From positions 200,322,001-200,386,000 of the forward strand of contig OX597814.1 of the NCBI GenBank assembly GCA_951406725.2: a DNA stretch of 64,000 nucleotides, given 5' to 3'. The first letter of the stretch is position 1. Each line of letters starts with the position of its first letter. The translations under genes and the position numbers were made by a program. The DNA is from Octopus vulgaris. Taxonomy: Eukaryota. The notes below the pieces were generated by a model, which saw only the letters and a list, made by a program, of their open reading frames with translations, did no database searches and was not told the origin of the DNA. Below are positions 62,126 through 64,000 of this stretch, piece by piece.

Positions 62126-62353
62126 TACAGTATTTACATTGGGCAGACATGTGTCCTAATCTTGTTTGTCGTAACCACAATGTTTTGACTAATTTACAGC
62201 CTTCATCAGGTGTCCTGGTAGAATTTTGAATCCAGCCCTGAGATTCAAAATTCTACCAGGACACCTGATGAAGGCTGTAGAGTAAATCAGTCGAAACGTT
62301 GTGGTAACAACAAACAGGATGAGGACACATGTCCGCCCAATGTAAATAATGTA
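62126..62353. repeat. Long inverted repeat (fold-back) of a Penelope-like terminal fragment
   Basis: Arms 62126-62232 and 62242-62353 with a 9-nt spacer, cagccctga. The inner ~37 bp are perfectly complementary. Confidence 0.93.
62261..62304 (+). ncRNA. Minimal type I hammerhead ribozyme motif (Penelope-type)
   Basis: CAC-CUGAUGA-A-GGCUG-uagaguaaau-CAGUC-GAAA-CG-UU^GUG. The core is intact, AACGUU is palindromic in place of stem III, and stem I is short. Confidence 0.65.
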
Positions 62354-62940
62354 AATAGTCATCATTCATTGATCGGAATTAAATTTCACAGATTTTGTTT
62401 CAGTTTTGTTCTGTGTAATTTATGAGACAATTCTGATAGACACTGTTATATTTCTTGGGAAATTCAGAAAAATCTCTTTGATCAATACTAAATGAAGTTA
62501 ACCAAGCAGAAACACTTAAAATATTATTAACGTGAATAAATAGTCAATTATTTTGTTAAATTTAGTTACAGACATATGTGAATGGAAGAATTAGCTTTGT
62601 TTCAAGCAATACAAGTGCAAGCATGACTGTGTGGTTAAGAAACTCTCTTGCAACCACATGGTTTCAAGTTCAATCCCCACAGCATGGTACCTTAGGCAAA
62701 TGTCTTCCAGTGTACCGGACTGATCAATGCCTTGTGATTGAAAATGATAGACAGAAACTGTGAGGAAGCCCATCATGTGTGCATATATGTAGATATATAA
62801 TCCAAATGGTAAGAAGACAAAGAAATTTTTTAACATATCTTTAATGGTTCATTACAACTGTTTCTGTTCCAACTTTGGCCTGCAATGCCAGCTTATGCAA
62901 AACTTTTGAGTGAAAATTGACATAATATTTGTGGTTTTGT

Positions 62941-63215
62941 GGAAGCACATGGCCAAGGGATTGCAATTTTCAATCTCAGACCGAGCGATGTGTGTATTTA
63001 TGAGTGAAACACCTAAGTACCACTCGGCTCTGGCAGAAGGTAATGGCGAACTTCTGCTGACTCTTTTGCCACAACTTTTTCGCACTCTTTCCTCCTGCAT
63101 CTAGCAGCTCACCTGCGATGGACCGGTGTCCTGTCCAGGTGGGGAACCTATACGCCAAAGAAACTGGGAAACTGGCCCTATGAGCCAGACATGGCTTGAG
63201 AAGGAACAAGCATCA
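62941..63215 (+). mobile_element. SINE with V-domain-like segment
   Basis: Truncated tRNA-like head, then cctgcgatggaccggtgtcctgtccagg, which resembles the V-SINE core (from memory). AAC-like tail. Confidence 0.5.
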
Positions 63216-64000
63216 AACGTTTGTGGTTTTAGACATTACAGTGGCACTTCGTCAGACTTGCATCAAAGGTGCAAAATCACATTGTGTGTCTTCTAGACAT
63301 TGCTTTTTGGCTTTTTTTCTTTCCTTCTTTTTGTTTCTTCTTCTTCTTCTTCTTTCTGCTCCTCTTCTATAACCCTACCACATGATCTCTATGCTAATTA
63401 CTCATCTCCTAACAACACTTTTATTTACCTTTTGTTTCCTCCTGAAATAAGCCAAAAACACAAGGTCCAGAAGACACATAATATGCCAACACACCTTTAA
63501 TGCAAGTATGATGAAGTACCTCTGTAATGTATAAAAACCACAAACATTACACAAAAGTTTGAAGTGAAAATTTACGTAAACTGGTGTTGCAAGCAGAGTT
63601 GGTACAGAAATAATTGTAACGAATCATTAAAGATTTCTTAAAAAACACCTTGTCTTTTTATCATTTACTCTTCACCAAACCCACATAAAAGAGTGACAGT
63701 TGCAAAACCAAGATTTTCTACACTTGAAGAATTTTGACATTTGTCTGGAAACCAACAATGTTGATAGCCAAGAATTTGGGGTGAGTGCTTCTCAAGAACT
63801 ATCCAACTTTTATACCCCACCAAGACATACACACACAGAGAGGATCTCTTTGGTTCTAGCGTCCTGATTTGTATATTGTATAGGCCATGTGCTCAGAGCC
63901 CGGTGATTGCTTGGAGACACAAAGTGTGCTGTTAAAATTTCCTTGACTACATCTCCAATGCATGAAACTATTAGTAGTTCATAACTATATTATGTACATT

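Overview
AT-rich, repeat-dominated eukaryotic DNA, either intronic or intergenic. The SINE/LINE repertoire looks like an octopus (coleoid cephalopod) genome, which is an inference from remembered repeat families and not a search result. No host protein-coding gene can be called with confidence, and nearly all ORF-track entries are microsatellite or repeat artefacts. Supported content: (1) a young 5'-truncated CR1-type LINE with an uninterrupted 398-aa RT ORF; (2) a near-complete but dead Chapaev3-like (CMC) DNA transposon; (3) an ancient R4/Dong-like RLE LINE broken up by nested insertions; (4) at least three RTE LINE families; (5) tRNA-derived SINEs with CORE-, Nin/Deu- and V-like domains; (6) hAT, mariner/Tc1, piggyBac-type and Helitron/Helentron-type non-autonomous elements; (7) four different Penelope-like terminal-repeat fragments with minimal hammerhead-ribozyme motifs. 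The most unusual objects are a young 3.8-kb composite insert that splits a SINE (5.4 x ~510-bp monomers + G-rich VNTR + RTE 3' tail), a type I hammerhead with a palindromic stem III at 47.6 kb, and a ~230-bp fold-back carrying one intact and one mutated hammerhead at 62.2 kb. Boundaries of degraded repeats are approximate (+/-10-20 bp).
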